From Archangium sp. (GTDB taxonomy: Bacteria > Myxococcota > Myxococcia > Myxococcales > Myxococcaceae), in the NCBI GenBank assembly GCA_031367385.1, contig JANLPS010000272.1:1-12984 (forward strand): a stretch of 12,984 bases of DNA, read 5' to 3'. The first letter of the stretch is position 1, and every line of letters begins with the position of its first letter. A program made the translations under genes and the position numbers. This document shows, piece after piece, positions 1 to 7,951 of this stretch. The notes beneath the pieces are model-generated. The model was given only the letters and a program-made list of their open reading frames with translations. It ran no database searches and was not told where the DNA came from.

Positions 1-2
1 GG

Positions 3-308
3 TACCTGCTCGGAGGCACCTTCACCGTGGCTCTGTTCTCGAGCTTCGGGTCAGGCGCTGCCCAAGTGACCAGCGTGGTTCTGCTGCTCGTCGGAGCCAT
101 CGTCGTGGTCTCCGCCATTCTGTGGGTGATGGCGCTCGCCCTCGAACAAGGCTTCTTGTGGTTCATCGGGCTATTCGTCTTGCCCTTCGTGAGCTTGGTG
201 GTGATGAGCCGGGCCCAGAACTTTCGCCCCCTGGGCTTGCATGTCGTCGGAGTCGTGATGGTCGCCGTCGCGCTGGCGGTCGCTCCGCATGGGGCCGGCC
301 GACACTGA
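3..308 (+). CDS. Integral membrane protein, C-terminal part (5' end outside window)
   Basis: The frame is open from base 3 (YLLGGTFTVALFSSF...), so the GTG at 27 is probably internal. It has 3-4 hydrophobic segments (VVLLLVGAIVVVSAILWVMAL; FLWFIGLFVLPFVSLVVM; LHVVGVVMVAVALAVA) and stops at TGA 306-308. Confidence 0.7.
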   Translation, partial: YLLGGTFTVALFSSFGSGAAQVTSVVLLLVGAIVVVSAILWVMALALEQGFLWFIGLFVLPFVSLVVMSRAQNFRPLGLHVVGVVMVAVALAVAPHGAGRH

Positions 309-366
309 CCGGGTGATTGAGCCAAGTATGGAATATTCGAAGCAGCGCGACGCTTTGGTCGCTTCG

Positions 367-372
367 AAGGAG
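367..372 (+). promoter_or_regulatory. Shine-Dalgarno site for the ATG at 377
   Basis: AAGGAG lies 4 nt upstream of ATG 377, which begins a signal-peptide-like N-terminus. Confidence 0.7.
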
Positions 373-376
373 CCAT

Positions 377-1222
377 ATGAAACTCACCACGGCTTTTGCA
401 ACGCTCACCCTCGTCACCCTCTCGGGTACCGCGCGCGCTGACCCAGCCGCCGACCCGACCACCGCAGAGCTGTATGACCTGCACCGCCACCACCAGCACG
501 GCGGCATCACCCAGTTCGTCGAGCTCAGCCTCGACACCCTCGGTGAAGACGACACCCAGCGACCCGTGGTCGAAAAGATTCAAGACGAGCTCCACGACTG
601 CATGGAAGCCGTCGAAAACCAGGAGCGCCTCGTCATTCTCGCGATCGCCGATGGGGTCGCGGGCGGCAAGGTCGACCCGAGCCAGGTGAAAGCCGGTGTC
701 GAGAAGCTGCGCGCCGCTGCCGAGCCGCTCCACGGCTGCGTCGATGACCCGCTCAACCGGTTGCACGCCGCCCTGTCAGCACCCGAGCGTGCCGAGCTCG
801 CCGACAAGACCCGCGCGCATTGGTCGGTGTGGAGAACCGTTCATCATGACTCCAAGCTTGGTGGGCGAGAGGCCGACGGGTGGCTCGCCGAGCTGTCTGA
901 CGAGCTGAAGCTGAGCTCTGCGCAGACCGAGAAGATCTCAGTCGCCCTCGACGCCGCCACCAAAGCCCGCACCGAAGACGACTTCGACGTCGAGAAGAGC
1001 GTGGCGCAGGTCAAGTCGTTCGCGACCGCGTTCGCTGGAGAGACTTTCAACGCCAAGAGCGTCAACACCGGCTCGACGGCCTTCTTGAGCTCACACGGCA
1101 TGCTGCGAATGGGCTTGTTTTACGAGACCGTCGCCCTGCTGCTGACTCCAGACCAACGCGCAACGCTCGCAGCGCATCTTCGCGAGCACGCCAATCATCA
1201 CGCTCAGGTGGCCAATCAATGA
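377..1222 (+). CDS. Exported His-rich Spy/CpxP-like (LTxxQ motif) helical protein, 281 aa
   Basis: It has an SD plus a Sec-type signal peptide (MKLTTAFATLTLVTLSGTARA-DP) and helical composition. Spy/CpxP-type motifs appear in two halves: LHAALSAPERAEL, ELKLSSAQTEKI and LLTPDQRATL. Confidence 0.65.
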   Translation: MKLTTAFATLTLVTLSGTARADPAADPTTAELYDLHRHHQHGGITQFVELSLDTLGEDDTQRPVVEKIQDELHDCMEAVENQERLVILAIADGVAGGKVDPSQVKAGVEKLRAAAEPLHGCVDDPLNRLHAALSAPERAELADKTRAHWSVWRTVHHDSKLGGREADGWLAELSDELKLSSAQTEKISVALDAATKARTEDDFDVEKSVAQVKSFATAFAGETFNAKSVNTGSTAFLSSHGMLRMGLFYETVALLLTPDQRATLAAHLREHANHHAQVANQ

Positions 1223-1548
1223 AAACGCTCATCGTTGCTGTGTTTCTCGTGACGGGCTGCTTCGGGGGTGTCGTCGCCACGTATGACGACGGGTACCCGC
1301 CAGACGCGTACATCGCGACCACCACGCCGCTCTATTACGAGGGCTACCCAACGTACTGGTACGGCGGCCGCTGGTACCGTCGCGAGCCCCTCGGCTGGCG
1401 CGCGTATCGAACCGAGCCGAATTTCCTGTATGAGCGCCGGGTCCGCGCGGCGCCGATCTACCGGCAGCCGTACGGCCGTGGGCAGTACTACGGCAACTTC
1501 CACGGAGCCGCGCCGGTGGGCGGCGGTCACGGGCGCCATCACCACTAG
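1219..1548 (+). CDS. Small Tyr/Gly/Arg-rich lipoprotein, hypothetical, 109 aa
   Basis: ATGA start/stop overlap with the upstream gene at 1219-1222. Lipobox signal MKTLIVAVFLVTGC, aromatic-rich core (PLYYEGYPTYWYGGRWY), His-rich C-terminus GHGRHHH. Confidence 0.75.
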   Translation: MKTLIVAVFLVTGCFGGVVATYDDGYPPDAYIATTTPLYYEGYPTYWYGGRWYRREPLGWRAYRTEPNFLYERRVRAAPIYRQPYGRGQYYGNFHGAAPVGGGHGRHHH

Positions 1549-1681
1549 GCTCGAGGCCGCGTGCGAAGGTGCCTGGCCCGACCGGGCTCGGCTTTCGCTG
1601 CCGGTGAGGCATGCACGCAGGCCCATTGACGATGTGGCGAGTTTGTTCAACCGCAATGCCTCGCATGCCAAGAGCAGCGCA

Positions 1682-1698
1682 CTGGCCCGGTTTCTGCT
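1682..1698 (+). promoter_or_regulatory. Candidate sigma54 (-24/-12) promoter of katE
   Basis: CTGGCCCGGTTTCTGCT has two mismatches to the consensus YTGGCACGRNNNTTGCW, with exact GG-N10-GC spacing (GG 1684-1685, GC 1696-1697). Confidence 0.5.
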
Positions 1699-1712
1699 GA
1701 CTCGGGCCCGAT

Positions 1713-4187
1713 ATGCCCGCCAAAAAAAATACCCGCGCGTCGCGCCCGAAGGCCCAGCCCTCGAGCCCTGACGCCTCAAGCCTTCGCATCGGTTCGACCC
1801 TGAGCACCGTGTCGGGGCCCTCGACCAACCCGCCATCACCCGAGCCGCATGCGGTGCCGATGGCGCCGGGGGCGAAGGCGCTCGAGACCAAGCAGAACGC
1901 AGACGAGCAGTTCGCCTCGGCGCTGCCCGCGAACCTGATCAAACCCTCTGAGTTCGCGACCGTGAACAAGCACGGGCGCACCGAGGGAGCGCCCGATGAA
2001 GGCGTGACGGTCGACCCTCCGGCACCCATCGCAGGCGCGAGCACCGTGATGGAGGGCCTCGCCAGCCCCAAGCTGGGCACCGGCGTGGCGACGCCCGGCG
2101 TGAACGCTGGCAACGCGCCTCTCGACCGGGCCCGCATCGATTCGACCGGCCGGCCCATGACCACCAACCAGGGCGTGCCGGTCTCAGACAACCAGAACTC
2201 GCTCAAAGCGGGCCTGCGCGGCCCCACGCTGCTCGAAGACTTCATTCTGCGAGAAAAAATCACCCACTTCGACCACGAGCGAATCCCCGAGCGGGTGGTT
2301 CATGCGCGTGGGTCGGCGGCGCACGGCTATTTCGAGTGCACCGCAGACATCACCAAGATCACCATGGCGGCGCCCTTCGCCCAGGTGGGCAAGCGCACCC
2401 CGACCTTCGTTCGCTTCTCGACGGTCGCCGGTGAGCGTGGCTCGGCTGACACCGTTCGCGACGTGCGCGGCTTCGCGGTGAAGTTCTACACCGACGAAGG
2501 CAATTGGGATCTCGTGGGCAACAACATCCCGGTGTTCTTCATCCAAGACGCGATGAAGTTCCCCGACCTGGTGCATGCGGTGAAGCCCGAGCCCCACCAC
2601 GCGATGCCGCAAGCCTCGAGCGCCCACGACACCTTCTGGGACTTCGTGTCGCTGATGCCCGAGTCGACCCACATGCTGCTGTGGCAGATGTCTGACCGCG
2701 CGATACCGCGAAGCTACCGAACCATGCAGGGCTTCGGTGTGCACACCTTTCGCCTGGTGAACGCCGCCGGTGAATCGGTGTTCTGCAAGTTTCACTGGCA
2801 ACCGGTGCTCGGCACCCACTCCCTCGCGTGGGACGAAGCGGTCAAGATCGCCGGCTGCGACGGCGACTTTCACCGCCGCGACCTCTGGGAGGCCATCGAT
2901 GCCGGCGTGTTTCCCGAGTGGGAGTTGGGGCTTCAGGTCTTCACTGAAGCGCAGGCCGACACGTTCGCCTTCGACGTGCTCGACGCGACCAAGCTCGTGC
3001 CCGAAGAACTGGTACCCGTGGTCGTGGTCGGCCGCCTGGTGCTCAATCGCAACCCCGACAACTTCTTCGCTGAGACCGAGCAGGTCGCGTTCTGCACGGC
3101 CCACGTGATACCCGGCATCGACTTCAGCAACGACCCGCTGCTCGCCGGCCGCCTGCATTCGTACCAAGACACGCAGATCTCGCGGCTTGGTGGCGCGAAC
3201 TTTCACGAGATACCGATCAACGCATCGGTCGCGCAGGCGCACAACAACACGCGTGATGGGCACCACCGGCAAGGCATCAACCGCGGCCGGGTCGCCTACG
3301 AGCCGAATTCACTCGCCGGAGGCTGCCCGTTTCAAGCCGGCATGAACGGGTTTCGCTCGTTTCCCCAGCCCGTGGCTGAAGACAAGGTTCGCGGCAAGCC
3401 CGAGAAGTTCGCCGACCACTATTCACAGGCCAAGCTCTTCTTCGCGAGCCAGTCGCCCATCGAGCAAGCGCACATCATCAATGCGTTTCGCTTCGAGCTG
3501 ACCCGGGTGCAGACCAACGCCGTGCGCGAGCGCGTGGTCTCGATGCTCGCCAACGTCGATGACGCCCTGGCCGCCGGAGTGGCCGCGGGGCTCGGCATCG
3601 AGGTGCCCGAGCCGATGCCGCTGGTGCTCGAGATGAAAAAGACGGGCCCGCAGACGCCGTCACCTGCGCTCTCGCTGTTCTCACGGCCCGGCGCGGGTGG
3701 GGTCAAGACCCGGCGGGTGGCGCTGATGATCGCCGATGGCGTGAACGCCGCGTCACTGCTCGAGGCTCACAAGGCCCTCGCCGCTGAAGGCGCGATACCC
3801 CGCTTCGTCGCGCCGCGGCTGGGCGCGTTCAAGTCTGCCGATGGTCAGGTGCTCCACGCCGAGGCCTCGTTCGACACGATGCCCGGCGTGCTCTTCGACG
3901 CGGTCGTCGTGCCCGACGGCGCGGCCGCAGTCAAAATGTTGAGCGCCCTGCCCTCAGCGATCGACTTCATTCGCGACCAGCACCGGCACTGCAAGGCGAT
4001 CATGGTGCTCGGTGCGGGAGGCGCGTTTCTCGCCGCAGCCGGGCTGCCGACCACCCTCCCCTCAGGCGGCGAGGACAAGGCCCTCATCAGTGGCAATGGA
4101 ACGAAGGATGCAAATTCAGTCGACCGCTTCATCAACGCGATCTCCCTGCACCGCAACTGGGATCGCGAGCCGTTGCCACCAGCGTAG
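1713..4187 (+). CDS. katE: Large-subunit (clade 2, HPII-type) monofunctional heme catalase with C-terminal DJ-1/GATase-like domain
   Basis: Motifs: [15 protein letters not shown] (distal His, codon 2301), [38 protein letters not shown], and the proximal-Tyr motif [10 protein letters not shown] (codon 3162). The C-terminal domain carries [19 protein letters not shown] and RHCKAI. The start codon is less certain (ATG 1860 is an alternative). Confidence 0.97.
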   Translation: MPAKKNTRASRPKAQPSSPDASSLRIGSTLSTVSGPSTNPPSPEPHAVPMAPGAKALETKQNADEQFASALPANLIKPSEFATVNKHGRTEGAPDEGVTVDPPAPIAGASTVMEGLASPKLGTGVATPGVNAGNAPLDRARIDSTGRPMTTNQGVPVSDNQNSLKAGLRGPTLLEDFILREKITHFDHERIPERVVHARGSAAHGYFECTADITKITMAAPFAQVGKRTPTFVRFSTVAGERGSADTVRDVRGFAVKFYTDEGNWDLVGNNIPVFFIQDAMKFPDLVHAVKPEPHHAMPQASSAHDTFWDFVSLMPESTHMLLWQMSDRAIPRSYRTMQGFGVHTFRLVNAAGESVFCKFHWQPVLGTHSLAWDEAVKIAGCDGDFHRRDLWEAIDAGVFPEWELGLQVFTEAQADTFAFDVLDATKLVPEELVPVVVVGRLVLNRNPDNFFAETEQVAFCTAHVIPGIDFSNDPLLAGRLHSYQDTQISRLGGANFHEIPINASVAQAHNNTRDGHHRQGINRGRVAYEPNSLAGGCPFQAGMNGFRSFPQPVAEDKVRGKPEKFADHYSQAKLFFASQSPIEQAHIINAFRFELTRVQTNAVRERVVSMLANVDDALAAGVAAGLGIEVPEPMPLVLEMKKTGPQTPSPALSLFSRPGAGGVKTRRVALMIADGVNAASLLEAHKALAAEGAIPRFVAPRLGAFKSADGQVLHAEASFDTMPGVLFDAVVVPDGAAAVKMLSALPSAIDFIRDQHRHCKAIMVLGAGGAFLAAAGLPTTLPSGGEDKALISGNGTKDANSVDRFINAISLHRNWDREPLPPA

Positions 4188-4265
4188 CCGTCACTCACCA
4201 CCCCCCGGAGGCCGACCTGAAGGGCCTCAAGTCGTAGCGCTGATGTAGGTAAACCGGAGACGGGG

Positions 4266-4289
4266 ACGGGGGGTTTCGCCCCCGTTTTT
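4266..4289 (+). terminator. Intrinsic terminator downstream of katE
   Basis: 7-bp stem ACGGGGG (4266-4272) / CCCCCGT (4279-4285) with loop GTTTCG, running into a T tract at 4285-4289. Confidence 0.7.
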
Positions 4290-4326
4290 GCTGCGGGCCT
4301 GGGGCCTTTCGGTATTCTCCGCCTCC

Positions 4327-7200
4327 ATGCATCGCACCCGACTGGTTGTGCCGTCTTTGGTGTTGCTGCTCGTTCTCGGTTGCCCGGCTTCGAAGGGCAA
4401 CATCGATCCCGGTACTGCCAAGCGCGACGACTTGATCGGCTATTGGATATTCTGGGACCCCTCCGCTGCCGATGGCGGCGTCGCGCAAGGTCAAGCCAAC
4501 ACGATTCTCGGCTTCGAGAAGAACGTCGATGCGCGGTGGGTGCTCCCGCTGGCTGAGAACACGCTCGACGCCGGCACGTCAGACATCGGCGTCGTCTACG
4601 AGGCACCGCCGTACTACCAGCAGCAGCTCAAGCAGGTCACCAGCTTCGAGGTGAAGAGCGGCGCGATTCTTCAGACCGTGCTGGCTGACGAGAACGCGCT
4701 GCCGGGTCAGCAGTACAGCACCAAGATTCTCGAGCTCGCTCCGAAACAGTCGATGGTCTTGGAGTCGAAGCGCGATGCCTCGGGCAAACGGGCGTACGAA
4801 TGGTTCGAGCGCTGCCCCGCTCCCAACCCCGCAGGGTGGAACACGTATCAAGGCCAGGCCTGCACGAGCTACTTCTCGCTGGGCACCGCGGTGGTCTTCG
4901 ACCGGTACGGCGACGTGCACTCCGTCAGTGGGCAGGGCAAGACGATTCTCCCCTGCCAGGTGCCGACGTGGGCCGACATCACCCGCACCTGCGTCAGCCG
5001 CATCAGCGAGTCTCCGAACTTCTACATCGCCTCGCTCGCGGTCGGCGCCGACGACGTGATTCGCATGGTCTACACCGAGCAGCAGGCCTTCGCGCTGCAC
5101 TACCGCGAGCGCCCGGTGAAGGGCGACACCTGGTCTGCCGACACCGTCATCGACCCGATGACCGGCAGCATCTACGACATGAAGTTGTACGACGACGCGA
5201 ACGGGCGAATGATCATCGCGCGCACCAATCTGGGCGCCACCCTCTACAAGTACGACGGCACGGGCTGGAAGAAGACCGTCGGCGCGTACACCGATGGTGG
5301 CGCGATACCGTATGACTTCACCGCGTTCGAGCGCGACAGCGATGGCAAGGCATTGCTCACGCTCGCCCTCGCGCCGCACGTGGTCAAAGAGACCGCTGCC
5401 GGCTTCGTGCCCTACCCCGTGCCGGCGGTCGGCTCCGAGGCAATCGCGGCGGTGAAGGTCGACAGCAAGGGCCGCTTGCACGCGTGGATTGGTGGGTCGG
5501 TCGTCTCTTCAGCCGGCACCAACGCGGGCAACTTGGGCTCGTATGGCATCGCCGAGAACGGCGTGTGGAAGCTGTGGCCGCTGCCGATTCACAGCAAGGC
5601 CTGGCTGATACCCAAGGCCGACGGCACTGGCCGCGCGATCGTCTCGCTCGGCAAGTCGGGCAAACCCGCCTTCGTGATGGTGACCGTGAACGGCGATTCA
5701 CTCGACCAGGAGCTGCTCGACAGTGTGCCCTCGGGTGGTGGCACCAGCCAAGAGCCTCACATTCGCACCGCGGTCGAGACGGGCCCGAATGACGCGGTCG
5801 CGGTCTCGTTCGACGGTCAGCAGGTCTGGGTTCGATGGCCGACCGGCCCCGTGCACCCCCTCGCGGCGAAAGTGAAGCTGCTCTTCAAGGGCAAGACCGG
5901 TGTTCGCGTTCGCAGCACCGACGGCAAGATCGACTGCACCACCGACTGCGAGGTGCCCTACCCCGGTGGCAGCCGCGTCGAAGTGCGCCTCGAGCCTTCG
6001 CCCGGGTACGCGGGGGTCATCACGAGCTGCGACATGCAGCTCCTCAACTCAGATCGCTGTCACCTGAACGTGCTCGCGCCGGTGAACGAAGTGGTCGTCG
6101 AGATCACGCGCACTCCGATTCGCAGAACCCAGTACCCGGGAGGCGTCACCAACGGCAGCGCGGTCGGCGACCGATTCGGCATTCTCGGCAATCTCACCGC
6201 CTACGGGTCGGTGATGAATGCCGGCGGCACGTTCACGGTCGACCAGGTGGCGTTGCCACTCGCGAACCCATCGGCTCGGCAAGGCATCGCGGTGTTCGAC
6301 CGCACGAAGAAGAAGGGCTGGCACACCGAATTGCCGGTCGAAGCCGATGCGGTGATGCCCGCGGCTGACGGCGGCGCCTGGGCCATCGTGCACGTGAGCA
6401 TGCCCACCGCGTTCGGGAGCACCATGGTCGGTGCTGTCGGCAAGGTGACCGTGGCGCGCCTGCGATTCGACCCGGCTGGCACGTTGACCGGAGCGACGAC
6501 CATGGCCAGCGTCGCGAGTGCATCGACGGTGATGGGCGGGTTGCTGCCCGCGGCGTTCGTGCAAACCGACGGCGCAGGGGCCGAGGTGCTGGTGAGCCCC
6601 AGCGGGTTCGGGGCGGTGACTGATCAGACCGCGCTTGCGCACATCGACGCCGCGGGCACGGCGAAGCTCGTGGGCATCGAGGCCTCGGCTGCCGGCGTGG
6701 GCACGATGATCATGGAGGGCGGCCGCGCGCTGATTGGGCTTGGGTACGCCGCGAAGTTGATCGCGGTTGATGCGAGCGGCCAGGTCACCGGGCGACGTTC
6801 GTTCATGGCTGGGTCGATCAAGGCCGTTACTTTGCGAGGTACCCGGTTCGGCATGCTGCTGATCGGCACGATGTCGACCGACGCGATCGATCTGGGCGGC
6901 GGTGCACGCATGGGCAGCAGCTTCGTCGCAGAATATGACGCCTCGCTGGCGCACGTGGCCGATGCGACGCTCGCGCAGAGCATCAATGCGCTGGGGTTTG
7001 CGTTCTTGCCCGAGGGCGGCGCGATGCTGCTCGACTGGCAACGGGTCTACAAAATGGGTGCGGGGCTTCCGCTGACGCCGCCGGGCGATACGTTTGGCGT
7101 GCAGTTGATGGCCAACTCGACCGCCGCCGTGCAAGACGAGAATGGGCTGAGCGCGCTGCTCTCGTTCAACACGTTGGTGAGCTTCGTACCCCCTCCTTGA
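4327..7200 (+). CDS. Large multi-domain surface lipoprotein, 957 aa (probable beta-propeller regions flanking an InlB-B-repeat-like module)
   Basis: Signal MHRTRLVVPSLVLLLVLG-C with Cys codon at 4381. Blade-like repeats include LAVGADDVIRMVY and VKVDSKGRLHAW. The module GVRVRSTDGKIDCTTDCEVPYPGGSRVEVRLEPSPGY...C...C resembles bacterial InlB-B-like repeats. The C-terminal part contains IDLGGG...FVAEYD. Domain calls are by eye. Confidence 0.8.
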   Translation: MHRTRLVVPSLVLLLVLGCPASKGNIDPGTAKRDDLIGYWIFWDPSAADGGVAQGQANTILGFEKNVDARWVLPLAENTLDAGTSDIGVVYEAPPYYQQQLKQVTSFEVKSGAILQTVLADENALPGQQYSTKILELAPKQSMVLESKRDASGKRAYEWFERCPAPNPAGWNTYQGQACTSYFSLGTAVVFDRYGDVHSVSGQGKTILPCQVPTWADITRTCVSRISESPNFYIASLAVGADDVIRMVYTEQQAFALHYRERPVKGDTWSADTVIDPMTGSIYDMKLYDDANGRMIIARTNLGATLYKYDGTGWKKTVGAYTDGGAIPYDFTAFERDSDGKALLTLALAPHVVKETAAGFVPYPVPAVGSEAIAAVKVDSKGRLHAWIGGSVVSSAGTNAGNLGSYGIAENGVWKLWPLPIHSKAWLIPKADGTGRAIVSLGKSGKPAFVMVTVNGDSLDQELLDSVPSGGGTSQEPHIRTAVETGPNDAVAVSFDGQQVWVRWPTGPVHPLAAKVKLLFKGKTGVRVRSTDGKIDCTTDCEVPYPGGSRVEVRLEPSPGYAGVITSCDMQLLNSDRCHLNVLAPVNEVVVEITRTPIRRTQYPGGVTNGSAVGDRFGILGNLTAYGSVMNAGGTFTVDQVALPLANPSARQGIAVFDRTKKKGWHTELPVEADAVMPAADGGAWAIVHVSMPTAFGSTMVGAVGKVTVARLRFDPAGTLTGATTMASVASASTVMGGLLPAAFVQTDGAGAEVLVSPSGFGAVTDQTALAHIDAAGTAKLVGIEASAAGVGTMIMEGGRALIGLGYAAKLIAVDASGQVTGRRSFMAGSIKAVTLRGTRFGMLLIGTMSTDAIDLGGGARMGSSFVAEYDASLAHVADATLAQSINALGFAFLPEGGAMLLDWQRVYKMGAGLPLTPPGDTFGVQLMANSTAAVQDENGLSALLSFNTLVSFVPPP

Positions 7201-7223
7201 CGCGATGGGTCGCGGAGGACAAG

Positions 7224-7537
7224 CTCGAGTCGCGCAACGCAGCCGTGCTCTCGGGCGGGCCCGTGGGCAACCACCTCATTCAAGGCATCGGCGCCGGGTT
7301 CGTGCCCGAGGTGCTCAACCGGAGCATCATCGATGAAATCATCACCGTCACCGAGGTCGAAGCCTTCGCCGCCGGTATCTCATCGGGAGCGACGCTCGCC
7401 GTCGCGCTCAAGCTCGCCGCCCGGCCGCGATGCGTGGCAAGAACATCGTCTTCATGGTCTGCGACGTCGGGGAGCGGTACACGAGCACGGCGTTGATGGG
7501 CGACGGCCTCCCCACTCGGCAGGCGGCTGCGCGGTGA
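7224..7537 (+). pseudogene. cysK: Cysteine synthase A 3' remnant: truncated, internally deleted and frameshifted
   Basis: One frame reads LESRNAAVLSGGPVGNHLIQGIGAGFVPEVLNRSIIDEIITV...AGISSGA...ALKLAARP. After a 1-nt shift near 7427-7430 it continues MRGKNIVFMVCDVGERYTSTAL to TGA 7535-7537. The N-terminal part with the PLP-binding lysine motif (SVKDR) is absent, and the ARRLAREEG-type helix is missing between EAF and AGISSG. Confidence 0.9.
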
Positions 7538-7938
7538 CCCGCTCGACTCAGCTCGTCGTCGCGGGCCTCGCTTCGCTGATGATGGGCGCGTGTGTTCACA
7601 CCCCAACCAGTGTGCAGACGCCGGGCGCCTCCCCGGAGCTCGCAGAACAAGGGCTGGCCTCGTGGTACGGCGCGGAGCTGGCAGGGCATGTCACGGCGAA
7701 CGGCGAGAAGTTCGACCCTGCGGCAATGACCGCCGCGCACAAGACCTTGCCCTTCGGCACCTGCGTTCGGGTCGAGCTCGTCTCGTCGGGCCGCTTCGTC
7801 GAGGTGAGAATCAACGACCGCGGGCCCTTCGTCAGCGGCAGAATCATCGATCTCTCCGAGGGCGCGGCGCGCGCGTTGGGCACGCTGTCGCAGGCCCCCG
7901 CTCCGGTTCGTCTGCGCCCCTGCATGGGTACGTCATGA
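7534..7938 (+). CDS. rlpA: RlpA-family double-psi beta-barrel lipoprotein (lytic transglycosylase-like), no SPOR domain, 134 aa
   Basis: Motifs GLASWYG, TANGEKFD, MTAAHKTLPFGT and VRINDRGPFVSGRIIDLS. The GTG start at 7534 overlaps the cysK-remnant stop (GTGA) and gives the signal MTRSTQLVVAGLASLMMGA-C. Confidence 0.92.
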   Translation: MTRSTQLVVAGLASLMMGACVHTPTSVQTPGASPELAEQGLASWYGAELAGHVTANGEKFDPAAMTAAHKTLPFGTCVRVELVSSGRFVEVRINDRGPFVSGRIIDLSEGAARALGTLSQAPAPVRLRPCMGTS

Positions 7939-7951
7939 GCGCGGTGGTGCT

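Noticed and set aside
4231..4263. Hammerhead-ribozyme-like words (GTC...CTGATG...GAGAC)
   Set aside because: The core is CTGATGT rather than CTGANGA and GAGAC rather than GAAAC, and stems I and III cannot form properly.
4247..4273. Resemblance to the first hairpin of a c-di-GMP-I/GEMM riboswitch (GGTAAACC-GNRA-GGGACGG)
   Set aside because: The following AAAG junction and second hairpin are absent; the sequence runs straight into the terminator. It is kept only as part of the unassigned structured RNA finding.
7422..7432. Programmed ribosomal frameshift in cysK
   Set aside because: There is no slippery heptamer, and the gene also lacks its N-terminal part and an internal helix, so decay is the simpler explanation.
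7197..7496. 99-aa ORF as an intact small protein, and the 7333 start for rlpA
   Set aside because: The ORF is the out-of-frame reading of the cysK remnant. The rlpA signal peptide only makes sense from GTG 7534.
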